DNA of 64,000 bases from the human T2T-CHM13v2.0 reference genome, Homo sapiens, in NCBI RefSeq assembly GCF_009914755.1, contig NC_060926.1; one strand, 5' to 3'. The notes under the pieces were generated by a model that was not told the DNA's origin, made no database searches, and worked only from the letters and a program-made list of their open reading frames with translations. Positions 12,817 to 25,106 of this stretch are shown one piece after another; positions within the stretch are counted from its first letter, which is position 1, and the number at the start of each line of letters is the position of its first letter. The translations under genes were made by a program, and so were the position numbers.

Positions 12817-13003
12817 GAAAAATTTAAAGAATCCACTAAAATATTATTAACACTAATAAACAAGTTCAACATGGTTGCAGGATATAAGAATAATGTACAA
12901 AATCAATTGTATTTCCATATACTAGCAATGAACAATCTGGAAGTAAAATTAAGAAAGCAATTGCATTTATCATAGCATCAAAAAAATTAAAATGCTTAGG
13001 GAT

Positions 13004-13423
13004 TGTGAAAGGAAAATAAAAAGTTGGGACCCCAATTCACTATGCCAAAAGAAAAAAAATTAAGCTGAAATCTGAGTCATGCAAGAAGCTGCCTTTCCTT
13101 TTGTTCCTAAGCAGATAGCTGCAGATAAAAGTTAAATATCTCCACAGGTAGCAACGCTATGTTCACCTTATCATGAGTGCAAGACAAATACATAATTGAC
13201 TATTCTCCTACCTGCTCCTTGTCTCTTGCAACATGTGGTTTCAGTAATATGACCGTACTCTCCTTCTTTCATCTTTAGCCTGCTTTTCCCCTCTAAATAT
13301 TGAAGCCCTAAAAATAATTTTTAAAGAACGACACAGACCTGTCTCCCAGGCATGTGTACGTTACCTTGGCAAAATAAACCTCTAAATTGATTGAGGTCTG
13401 TCTCAGATACTTTTTGGTTTACA
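13004..13423 (+). mobile_element. MER4-family (ERV1) solo LTR
   Basis: tgtgaaaggaaaataaaaagttgggacccc...ctcagatactttttggtttaca; perfect 4-bp TSD ggat. Confidence 0.8.
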
Positions 13424-14699
13424 GGATGTATTTACCAAATGAGGTACAAGGCTTGTACACTAAAAACTACAAAAATGCTCCTGAAAGAAACTAAGGAAGA
13501 TAAGGCAAATGCAAAGTCATTCTGTGTTCATGGATTGGGAGACTCGATATTGTTAAGATGGCAACACTCCTAGATTTGATCTACAGACTCAATGCAATTG
13601 GTATCAAACTTCCAACTGCCCTTTTTAAAAAAATAGCCAAGACAATCTTGAAAAGGAGAAATAAAGTTGGATGACTTATGCTTTCTGATTTCAAAGCTTA
13701 GTGCAAGGTGCAGTATTCAAAACAGTGTGGTACTGAAATAAGGCTAGACATATAGATCAATGGAATAGAATTGAGAGTCCAGAAATAAACCCATATATCT
13801 ATGGTCAATTGATTTTCCACAAGAATACCAAGGCCATTCAATAGGGAAAGAATAATCTTTTCAACAAATGGTGTGGGGACAATTGGATACCCACATGTAG
13901 AAAATAAATTTGGACCTCTACCTCACATCACACATGAAACTTTAGCTCAAAATGGATCAAGAAACTAAATGGAAGAGCTACAACTTTAGAAGGAAACATA
14001 GGTATAAATTATGGGCAACAATTTCTTAGTTATGACACCAAAAGCACAGCAACAAAAGAAAAAAGAGATAAACTGGCCTTCATCAAAATTAGAAACTTTT
14101 ATGCATCAAAGGACACTATCAAGAACATGAAAAGACAACTCAGAACGGGAAAAAATGTTGCCAATCATCCAGAATGATTTAGTATCCAGCATATATAGAG
14201 AATTTAGTATCCAGAATAAATAGGGAATTCTTATAACACAACAATAAAATGACAAACAAACCAACTGAAAAATAGGCAAAGGACTTGAATAGATGTTTCT
14301 TCAAAGAAGAAATACAAATGGCCAGAGATAAGAGCAAAGGTATAGAGTATGCACAGTTTCAAATGAGCCCCAGAGTTTTTTTTTTTTCTTATTTAAAAAT
14401 CCTCAGAAGTTCCTTTCCCAGGAGACTTGCATGAAGGGGCCAGGATTTCTGTGGGTTGGGCCTGTGTTATGAGTCATGCAGTCAGAGCAGGCTGAACATG
14501 ACGGCTCTCACGCCACGGTGATCCAGTGCTGGGAGGAGGTGGCAGTCCTGGGTCTCACTGCCAGGGGCTTGGTGTGTGATTTGTTGTAGACAAATATTTG
14601 GTCCTTTTCAAAGAGGAGCCCAGTATCATTCAGCCAAGAAGCTAGGATCTGACAAAGCCCCAACATCAGCCTCTGCTGTGCAATGCTAATTTTTATTTT

Positions 14700-14913
14700 A
14701 TTTGACTTATTTTCTTTCTTTCTCCCTTCCTTCCTTCCTTCCTTCCTTCCTTCCTTCCTTCCTTCCTTCCTTCCTTCCTTCCTTCCTTCCTTCCTTCCTT
14801 CTTCCCTCCCTCCCTCCCGTCTGTCTTTTTCTTTCTTTCTTTGTTTTTCTCTTTCTTTCTTTCTTTCTTTTTCTTTCTTTCCTTCCTTCCTTCCTTCCTT
14901 CCTTCCTTCCTTC

Positions 14914-14990
<77 letters not shown>

Positions 14991-15095
14991 TCTCTCTCTT
15001 TCTTTCTTTCTTTCTTTTCTTCTTTCTTTCTTCTTTTTCTTTCTCTCTCTCTGTCTCTCTCTCTCTTTCTCTCTTCCTGTCTTCCTTTCTTCCTT
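14700..15095. repeat. Compound (CCTT)n/(TTTC)n/(TC)n pyrimidine tract, expanded Alu tail
   Basis: ~390 bp of almost pure C/T directly abutting the 3' end of a minus-strand Alu. Confidence 0.95.
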
Positions 15096-15372
15096 ATGGA
15101 GTCTCTCTGTCACCCAGGCTGGAGTGCAGTGACGTGATCTCTGCTAATTGCAACTTCCACCTCCCAGATCCAAGTGATTCTCCTGCCTCAGCCACCCTAG
15201 TAGCTGGGATTACAGGCACACACCACTGCACCCAGCTAAGTTTTGTATTTTTAGTAGCGAGAGGGTTTTGCCATGTTGGCCAAGCTGGTCTCGAATGCCT
15301 GGCCTCAAGTAATCCACCCCACTCAGCCTCCCAAAGTGCTGGGATTACAGGTGGGAGCCACCACACCTGGCT
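15096..15372 (-). mobile_element. Alu (old)
   Basis: atggagtctctctgtcacccaggctggagtgcagt...cctcccaaagtgctgggattacagg. Confidence 0.95.
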
Positions 15373-17230
15373 TGACATACTTTCTTTGCAATCATCTTTT
15401 TGTTGTTTTGATCCTTTAGCTTTATAAAATATCTATTGGTTTAGGTTGCAGGACAGGTGTGTTTATTTGAATAAATGAATCAACAAATGAATAAATAAAC
15501 CAGTATAGGCCAAATGAATATGTCATTAATTAGGTTAAACATGGCAGAGCATGAGGTCAGTACCCTGATGGGTTTGGCTGAAATTCTTTGAAATATTAAT
15601 CTGAGACACATAGGTATGAGTCTACCTGACTAATGACCAATGATCAACTTACCATGTGGCTTCCTCACTCCACAGGAACCCCCCAGGCAGAAGCAAGGAC
15701 CATTCACTTCTCCTTATGCTCACTACTCAGCATGAATCAGCATTTCTGACATTAGTATTTCTGTGCAAGTCTCAATTATTTATTGAGCACAGAAGGAACA
15801 CTTGCTTTCTCAGCATAGCCTTGGGTATCAGCCTCAGCCTCCCTGTGTCCAGGCCTCCTTTGTTTCTCGTTCACTGTGGGCAGCTGTGTGCCACTTTTCA
15901 CAATTGCCTCCCTGGTATGTGAAGAACCAGCTTTGATTTATTCATTCAGTACCTGTCAGGCAAATTTTGCCTGCATGATGTTGATAGAGTGAGCTTTCTT
16001 GATGAGTTGCCCATTCTTTTTGCCTAGCTAGGATGATCCTGAGAACTCTAGTTGTGGCAAAATAGAGATTCCTCATAGTCTTGGGCTACACTGTGCTATA
16101 GACCTCAGCTCTGTCTCTAGAGGGAGACCAAATGGAGAAACACGATGGGAAATTGCTGCAACAGGAAGCCAGTCACTAGAGAAAAGGAGACCCCCACTTC
16201 CTGCCCCACTTCCTGCCATCCATAATTTAGTCTGTATTTGTGCAAGGGCAACTCAAGCTATGAAATGCTCTTGAAATCCCTAAGTCCTTCTTTAGAACCA
16301 ACTGCCTTTGGAAAGTGCAGAAGTCAGAGCTAAGTGGACATTCCTTTTGATTGGGTCCTGCCTTATCATCTGGTACTTAAAAGGTTTTGGAAGACCTTTT
16401 CAAGGCTTCGAAACACTGTTTTTAAATAAGAGTGTCGGTTCTGCCCTCCTGAGCTGGAACCCCTGAAGCACTTCCTCAACATCTTCTTTCTGTCCTGACC
16501 TCTCGATTAGTTGGGGCCAGAGGAAGTGGCTAGCAGCTGAGCATCATGCATCTAGAAATGGAGTATGTGTCTGGCATGATTTCAACAGGAGGTGGGACGG
16601 TCTATTCCAGTTTTGCTTCGTCCTGCTGTGTGACCAGGACAAGATGGACAAGTTACTTTTCTGGCCTCATTCTCCACACTCACAAAATTCTGTTCATAAT
16701 CACCCACATTGGGCTTTTGTGAAATTAAAAGTTAAATTAAAAAGTCTATAATGAGTGTTTAGCACATTCTCTCTGTTATTCAGTCAACGGATCTTTTTTG
16801 GAAGGTCTGCTATAGGCCAAGTACCATTCCAGTTGCTGGGAATAAAATAGCAAATAGTCACTTTTGGTCCTAAACCTAAATTTAAGCTAGATCATCCCTC
16901 TTTAAGGCGGGGACTTATCTTCTGCCTCCTTGGTCTCCTGTCCTCCTGAATATTGTGTTTTTGCATTTTTTAAACATTGTTTAATACTGGTGAAAACTGA
17001 ACACTGGCTGTGTGCTTGGCACAGTTCCAAGCTTTTACATACGCATTTGTTACAATAAACAAGCAGGGCTTATAGGGTGTCATCCTAAAGCCACCTTATC
17101 TCTGAGTCCCAGTACTTCCTCAGACTCATTCTCTAGGGCCAGCTAGTCCCCTGCCCTGTGATGAAAATCTGGGGCAGACTCACAACTTTTCTAGTTACTC
17201 TTAAGTAAGAAACCCCCCCTGGTTTCTCTA

Positions 17231-17839
<609 letters not shown>

Positions 17840-18244
17840 CTACCCCGCCCCAAAGGAAAAAAAAATCCTGGGAGCATGGGCATTCCTAACTCAGCAAGCT
17901 CTCCCCAGAGTTCTGGCCAGACATGGTTTCTTGCCCTTCAAATTTTTCTAGGTGTGGTTCTGATCCCAGTCCTCTGTGTCCAGCAGGTTACAGGCCACAG
18001 AGACCACTGAGACTCTCAAGTGATCTCTGTGAAGCGCCCCCTCACTTCCCTTAACTTGAGAAGAAAGCAGCCCATTCCCCACATCTTCCCCAGGAAGGGG
18101 AAGAGAAAACATCAATGACTCTTTCTTAAAAATCCTCTACTTTTAATTTTTAAAAAACACTCTTGATGTGAGAAAGGGGCTCAAACCTTTTGTATTTTTG
18201 TCTTGGCGCTCAGTCTAAACAGAAGGTGCAATAGTGGATAATTC

Positions 18245-18410
18245 TATTTCTTCCTCACAACAACCTTATGAGATAGATACTCTTATGCCTCTTTAAGAGA
18301 GGCACAGAGAGGTTAAGAAATGTGCCCATGGTCACACAGCTAGTAGGAAGAACCAAGACAGGCCTAGGCAGCCTGACCACAGAGCCTGTGCCCTTAAACT
18401 ATATGCTGTA
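18245..18410 (-). mobile_element. MIR
   Basis: cctcacaacaaccttatgag...gaggcacagagaggttaagaaatgtgcccatggtcacacagctagtag. Confidence 0.8.
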
Positions 18411-18596
18411 CCATCATCTGATCTGAGTTCCTGACACTTGGATTTGCCATCTGCGTACTTTTAAGCCCATCTTTTAAAACTACACTCACTGACATGTTGA
18501 TTTGTCTTATTGCTTCTGGGAGTTCTGTGTCACCTTGTCAAAGTTTCAGGAATTACTCTAAGCACACCACTGATAGCTCTTGAGAAATGTGGTTGA

Positions 18597-18951
<355 letters not shown>

Positions 18952-19699
18952 TGTCTGGAACTCTTGATAAGAATCTTGGAAGCAAAGTCTGTGTTCCCAC
19001 GGTTATTCACAAACACACTCATTAAGTCAGTCAACTCCTCACTCTGGTTTCCTTGGTGCTAACTGTGCACAGGCATGTATGCTCTTAGTTTGTTCTTTGC
19101 ATGTGCTCAGCGATCATGCATTCAGTCAGTCCTGAATGATCACACACTCGCCCCAGGCCTTGGGGTTGTCTCCCCAGTTGGTACTTGAGCTCTTCAAAGC
19201 AGGAATCTATCTTTTACTTCCTTGGTCTCCTGTCCTCATGCTCCCAGGTGGCACATTTCTGGCCCATGCTGGCCTCTCCTGCTGCATCTTCTACCAGGTT
19301 CCTTTTTGTTCCTTGACAGAGTCCCCATAGACTTTTTAGTTCCTCATTCTTGCCATCTCTCTTCCCTCCCCACTTTCTTCCTCCGAAGGATCTTTCCACA
19401 GATTACCGTTGGCCAGAATTCTCTTACCTTCTCACTTCATCTGGGCTAATTCCTGCTCAATCTTCAGATCCCAACTCAAGGATCACTTCCTCTAGGGGGT
19501 CCTCCCTGATTTCTCTAAGGAATTCAATCCCCTTAATATTAACTTTCCTAGCATCCTTTCTCTTTTGCAATATTTGTCATTCTTGCAACTTTACACACAC
19601 AATTTTGGGATTCTTGTCTGCCTCCCTCACCAATGGTAAGGTCTATAGAGGCAGAGGCAATGTTTTTCTTCTCTCTTTTTTTTCTTTCCCTTCTCTTTT

Positions 19700-19925
19700 T
19701 TCAGCTCTGGGTTCCAATGCCAGCTCTGCCATGTACTAGCTGTGTGATCTGGGGCAGGCTGCTCCAGCATTCTCTGCTTCAGTTTCCTTATTGTATAATG
19801 GGGATAATAACAGAGCCTATCTCAAGGGCTTTTTATGAGAATTAAATAAGATAAACTTTGCAAAGTACTTACAGCAATTCCTGAGGCACTTTTAGGTACT
19901 ATGCAAGTATTTGTTAAATAAATAT
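19700..19925 (+). mobile_element. MIR (preceded by an L2-like fragment ~19440-19650)
   Basis: ctgggttccaatgccagctctgccatgtactagctgtgtgatctggggcagg...cagtttccttattgtataatggggataataac. Confidence 0.8.
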
Positions 19926-20763
19926 CAGGTTAAAAATGCTTGAATAATACATAACAAAGGTGAATTAATACCAACTTCACTGTTAATTTTAGGAGTTCTG
20001 GTTCTTCCCTCTTAACCCCCTTTGGGTGATATCTAAGCAGGACCTGCTGATAGCCACATCCTCCACAGCATAGCTGGTGTTACAGGGAGGGCCTGGGGAC
20101 CTTACTAAGGACCTGTCAGATATCCAGCCCTGTTTTATTTCTAGTGATAGGAATGCTAAAAAGTATGTGTCCAGGGAGGGTGACTCAGGGCATTAGAAGG
20201 GATGATCCACTGCTCGAGTTCCCAGACAGAACTTTTCAGACAGAATTTCTGGGAAAAGCAAAACCAGTGGTGGGCACTGAGGATTTCATTTTGCAATATT
20301 CTGCCAGACCCAAAGCCTGGTCTGCTCAGGAGGGGGACAGCCCAGTGGATTATGGGAGATTTCTCAGGATCCTGAGACAATTAATGATGCTACTTTTGAC
20401 ATGCCTGAGGGTGGCTAAAACTGAAACACAGAGCAATTATGCAACCCAGCCAGTCACGTAGCATCAGCAAGGCTGAGCTGGGTCAGATTTCTGGACTCCA
20501 GACTTACGTTTAATCCGATGAGATTCACAGCCATGCTGTTATCCCAGCATAGACTTTGTTTAGTCACAGAAGCTGTTAACATAATTTCAGAGATGTGTGG
20601 CCAGGGACTCCTGGGTCATCTGGTAAAAATGACGTTACCAGGAAATGAAAGTACTCAAAGCTCTAGAGAAAGTGTGTGTCAGGATCAAATAGGAAAAAAC
20701 AAACAAACAAACAAACAAACAAACAAAAAAACCCACATTAAAACAAGAAGACCAGAACAGGCT

Positions 20764-21133
20764 TATGTTAGTCTGTTCTCACATCGCTAATAAAGACATA
20801 CCTGAGACTGGGTAATTCATAAAGGAAAGAGGTTTCACTGACTCACAGTTCTGTATTGCTGGGAAGGCCTCAGGAAACTTACAGTCATGGCGGAAGGCAA
20901 AGGAGAAGCAGGTACCTTCTTTACAGGGTGGCAGGATGGAGTGCGTGCAAGCAAAGGAAATGCCAGACGCTTATAAAACCATCAGGTCTCGTGAGACTCA
21001 GTCACTATCATGAGAGCAGCATGGGGGAAACAGCCCCCATGATTCAATTACCTCCACCTGGTCCCACCTTTGACACGTGAGGATTACAATTCGAGGTGAG
21101 ATTTGGGTGGGGACACAGAGCCAAACCATATCA
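20764..21133 (-). mobile_element. THE1 (D-like) solo LTR
   Basis: ttagtctgttctcacatcgctaataaagacatacctgagactggg...acagagccaaaccatatca. Confidence 0.88.
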
Positions 21134-21449
21134 GGCTGTATATGTAGGCAGAGAAACTACTGTACTATGGACAACATAGGTATACGGTAAGAGTATTACT
21201 GCTTCACTGATAACTTCTAGAACATGCTGAGGTTGGTGCAGCCTCCAGTACTTAAAATAATATGAATTCAGAAAAAGACAACTTGTAGTTCCACGTGTGT
21301 ATTTATGTGTGAGTATCTAGTTATGTCAGAATTCACATTTTTTTTAAAAAAAAAGTTTTATGAAGACTCAAAAGAAGTTGGAAAAATGTCCATCTTTCAC
21401 TTCCTACTCTTTCTCAGTTTCTTTTTGTTTTCCATTCAGTGAGACAAAA

Positions 21450-21640
21450 GGTAGTGGAAAAAGAATGGGTTTTGGAGTTGCATAGATCTGGGGTCAAGTA
21501 CTGACTGTACTGCTAGTGATTTGACCTGGAGCAACTTTGCCTCTTTGACTCTTTGACTTTCAGTTTCCTTATCTATGAAATGGTTGTAATAATACCTGAC
21601 CTCACAGGACTTATGTGTACTTGGTATATGATAGACACTA
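21450..21640 (+). mobile_element. MIR
   Basis: gtagtggaaaaagaatgggttttggagttgcatagatctgggg...cagtttccttatctatgaaatgg. Confidence 0.65.
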
Positions 21641-21719
21641 AGCTAGATTTGAACTGCAGTGTATCTTAGACTCATTTAAAATACAAGTTTAAAATGGATT
21701 TATCAAAACAGAATAATAT

Positions 21720-22160
21720 CGATGCAAAGATAGACAGATAGATCAAAGGAACAGAATGAAGAGTTAAGAAATAGACCTGCTTATATAAGGTTAATTGATT
21801 TTCAACAAAGTTTCCAAGATAATTTTAAATAGGAAAAGGAGTCTTTTCAACAAATGATGCTGGAGCAATTGGACATCCATAAGCAAAACAAAAACAAACA
21901 ACCCCTCCCCAAAATCCTTGACCTATATCTTACATTTTAGACTAAAATTAACTTGAAATGTATCATAGACCTAAATGTAAGGCTGAAACCATAAAACTTC
22001 TAGAAGCAAAACAGGAGAAAATCCTCATGACTGGGTTAAGCAAATATTTCTTTGATAGGATTCAAACAGCACAACCAAAAACATTTAAAATAAATTGGAC
22101 TTCATCAGAATTAGATATGTTTGCTCCTGAAAAGACACTGTTCAGGAAATGGAAATGCTA
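21720..22160 (+). mobile_element. Ancient L1M ORF2 fragment
   Basis: gatagacagatagatcaaaggaacagaat...ttttcaacaaatgatgctggagcaattggacatcc...aaacttctagaag. Confidence 0.75.
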
Positions 22161-22615
22161 GCCGAAATTGATTTATTTCTTTAACATTGCTGTCTCCTAA
22201 AACTGAGGCCCGGGGTAGATATAATTAATAATTCTTGTGCAGTCCCATCCTCTCCCGACAGAGTGCACTTTCTAGATGTACCCTCTCTCCCTCATTCTTT
22301 ATGCCATTATTCAGTGCCATCATTCTCGCAATCCCTGTCATGAGTGAGGGCTGGGAAGAAGATTGAGCTATGCATTTTGAAGTTGGAATTCCCTTCTCTT
22401 AAATTCCATTCCTGGGAGTGACAGACAGGGGAAGGAGCAGTGATAAAAAGTCTGGAGTTAAAAGTCTGGAGATGGGCACACACATGACAGGAGGCAACCT
22501 GAAGCCCTTGGGAGCAACAGCGTACTCCTAACAATGACAACTAAACACAGGCACTGAGCATGTGCATTTGGCCAGACATGGTGCTTTCTTTGCATCATTT
22601 CATTGAACTATTTTA

Positions 22616-22675
22616 TTCTGTTCTGTTCTATTCTATTCTATTCTATTCTATTCTATTCTATTCTATTCTATTCTA
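22616..22675. repeat. (TTCTA)10 pentanucleotide plus 2 TTCTG, Alu tail-derived
   Basis: Direct reading. Confidence 0.95.
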
Positions 22676-22961
22676 TTTATTTAGAGATCTCGCTCTGTCA
22701 CCCAGGCTGGAGTGTAGTGGCATGTTCAGACCTCATTGCAGCCTTGAACTCCTGGTCTCGAGTGATCCTCCCACCCCAGCCTCCCAAGTAGCTGGGACTA
22801 CAGGCACTCGCCACCAGGCCTAGTTAATTTTTGTATTTTTTTGTAGAGATGGGGTCTCACTGTGTTGCCCACGCTGGTCTCAAACACCTGGGTTCAAGTG
22901 ATTCATCCACCTCAGCCTCTTCAAGCATTGGGATTACTGAACTAAGACACTGCAGTTGGCC
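22676..22961 (-). mobile_element. AluJ
   Basis: cattgcagccttgaactcctgg...gatcctcccaccccagcc, ttttttgtagagatggggtctcactgtgttgccc. Confidence 0.9.
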
Positions 22962-24439
22962 TCGTTTAACTCTAGTAGAAATATCCATGCAGGAAGTATG
23001 TGGGAATCGGGGCAGCAGGGACTCCAAGCAGGCACCCCAGAATTTCTTCTGGGCTGTTCCTTCCCTGACTCCTGCAATTAGTCCTGCTTTTCCTTTGGCT
23101 CTGACTTGCTTCGTCCTTTGGAATTCATTCTCGATGTTTCCCCACACTCATCTCTTTTCTTGGTTGTATTCCCTTGGGACTGTTGGCTCAGGTTTGGGGA
23201 TTTATTATGTTTAAAACTTCAGCCTCTGTTTGGCTTCCTGGCACCAGGCTTTGTACTTCCTGCTCCTTGAATCTGGTAACTCCTATCCCCACCTCCTTTC
23301 TGCCTACTCAAAGCTTCCAGTCTTTGGTGTTGGACAATCCCTGGATGATGACCAATCTCGTATGTCCTAAGGTATACAATAAAAAATACCAGGGTCAACA
23401 ATCAACAGGCATCTCTTTCTTGGGCCCATCTTGTTCTAGTGTCCCAGACATTCCAGTGTAGGCTTAGATATAGATGGAAGTGTTCTAGTGTTTATGATGG
23501 ACACCTGTTGAAAAGACCAAGTCTACCATGGCTGAGGTAGCTATGGAGGGTTTTACGTATTAACACAATGGTGAGGGTATCTTTACTGGTGTGAGCACAG
23601 TTCCACTGTATGGATGATCGTGATGCTGGAGTGGTCGATGGTTGGTACCTCCAGTGCCAGCTGGGGATTTATGGATGAACACAGGTGAGTAGTCAAGTGG
23701 GAAAAATGGCAGCATTCAGTTCATCTTCCTATTCTTCCTCCAGGTGTCTTCTTAGAATCAGGATCAGGTGCAAACCCAGGGGGGTTCCTGTAGCAGCAGT
23801 GAAAATTCCAGTGCCTAAGCTATATATGTTCAAGCAGGTCAGGTGGATGTCGCATGCGTCAGTTTGACTACAGCAGAACCATGAGAGATGTTTCCTTTAG
23901 AGTTGGCCCACAAGACAGTCTGGCTGCAATCCACAGGCCACAGACAACTGGAGGGAGTGGATCTCTCCCAGTTTCCTTCCACTTAGCATGAAAGCCTCAG
24001 AATAAGCAGCCCAGGGAGCAGAGAGACTGACATTAAAGCCTGCAATTCCTCTTCCAATTTTGATCACAGCAGCCATTTAAACACAGGGTCTACCGAGGTT
24101 TAAAAAACTTGAACTGTGCTTAGTTGCACTCTGAAATAGTCCTGCTCCTCCCCTGACCTACGAGAGACAGCAAAGAGACGTGTCAATAGCCTCTGCATGA
24201 GGCTTCAGAGGAGCAGCTGTGTATGGCAGGACGGAACAAAACCTGCCCATAGTATCTTTTACGACAACATGTTTCCACTTAATGCAGACCACTGAAAAGA
24301 ATGTGGGAGCTTTTAAAAAAAATTATTATAAACATAGGTTTGTGACCTTGATGTGGAAGGCAGCTAGAATCTCTGCTTTTAGAGGGCTAAGCAACACCAG
24401 CCAGCCTTCAATCTTAGAAGGGTTAAGCTGAAAGGGTCT

Positions 24440-25025
24440 CAAAAGGTCACGTGGTTTATATAATCCTACCTGCAGAAGACCCCCCCCCCCCGCCAGGCAC
24501 AACGATTTTACAGACGAGGAATGTGAGGTGCGGAGAGGTTAAGGAAGGATTTATCTTATTTGCATAAGGAGTGGAAGAACTGAAACCGAAGCCCCAGTTC
24601 CTTGACTGTAAATCCCGCACTTGCTTCCAACTGTCTTTCATCCAGATTATGGGATTCAGCTGCCTCTGAAAACCTGTAGCCCAATAATGGTTATTCCCCA
24701 GGAGCCGCGCGAAGCATGAGCTAATTTTCAGTGAGCGCGGACTTTGGGGTAACGGTTCCAGCACAGCACATCCCTTTCTCCTCTTTTCACTCATCGTCAC
24801 CGCTACCTGAAAACCCTGGCCGGGTGCTGGGGCTTGAGGAGCAGTTCCCACTTCCCAGTCTTTTTCACTTTTCACAGCTGCAAAGTTCAGGGAGTTGAAC
24901 TGCAGTGCTTTCAGTTCACTGCTCACTCTGCCACGATCAATCTCTGTTGTAAATTTTCCTCCCAGAGCACGTGACGATGCACTTCTTGACTATATATCCC
25001 AACTGCAGCAGCGGAGTTGTCAGAG
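24440..25025 (+). promoter_or_regulatory. KCNE4: KCNE4 promoter region
   Basis: CpG-retaining region just 5' of the splice donor. Motifs: E-boxes CACGTG at 24448-24453 and 24968-24973, TATA-like TATATAA 24457-24463 and TATATAT 24991-24997, CArG CCAATAATGG 24681-24690, octamer ATTTGCAT 24558-24565. Confidence 0.7.
24504..24610 (-). mobile_element. Degenerate MIR inside the KCNE4 promoter
   Basis: attttacagacgaggaatgtgaggtgcggagaggttaagg resembles the antisense MIR core ttttacagatgaggaaactgaggcacagagaggttaag. Confidence 0.6.
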
Positions 25026-25106
25026 CGCAGAGCCGGACAGAGCAGAAGAACCCTCTTGGACTGGACGATTTGGGAATTCAAAACTTGGGACAAACTGTCA
25101 GCCTTG
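24977..25106 (+). CDS. KCNE4: KCNE4 exon 1 coding part of the long (221-aa) isoform
   Basis: ATG 24977 opens MHFLTIYPNCSSGVVRAQSRTEQKNPLGLDDLGIQNLGQTVSL (43 codons + 1 nt). Splicing 25106 to 25641 continues in frame as [14 protein letters not shown], a 51-aa extension matching the described KCNE4L. Confidence 0.8.

Larger units (their letters stand above)
11060..14325 (+). mobile_element. Ancient L1M (L1MB-like) fragments, interrupted by three younger insertions
   Basis: Degenerate L1 ORF2 sequence (gacatatagatcaatggaatagaattgagagtccagaaataaacccata, ttcaacaaatggtg, aaaggacttgaataga). The 11060-12700 part looks like L1M 5' region and is less certain. Confidence 0.7.

Noticed and set aside
14508-15427. 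Long ORFs of 149-241 aa
   Set aside because: Translations of the (CCTT/TTTC)n tract plus Alu.
23682-23745. Strong donor CAG|GTGAGT followed by an acceptor-like cttcctccag upstream of KCNE4
   Set aside because: Spacing under 60 nt is too short for a normal human intron, and no transcript evidence can be seen from sequence.
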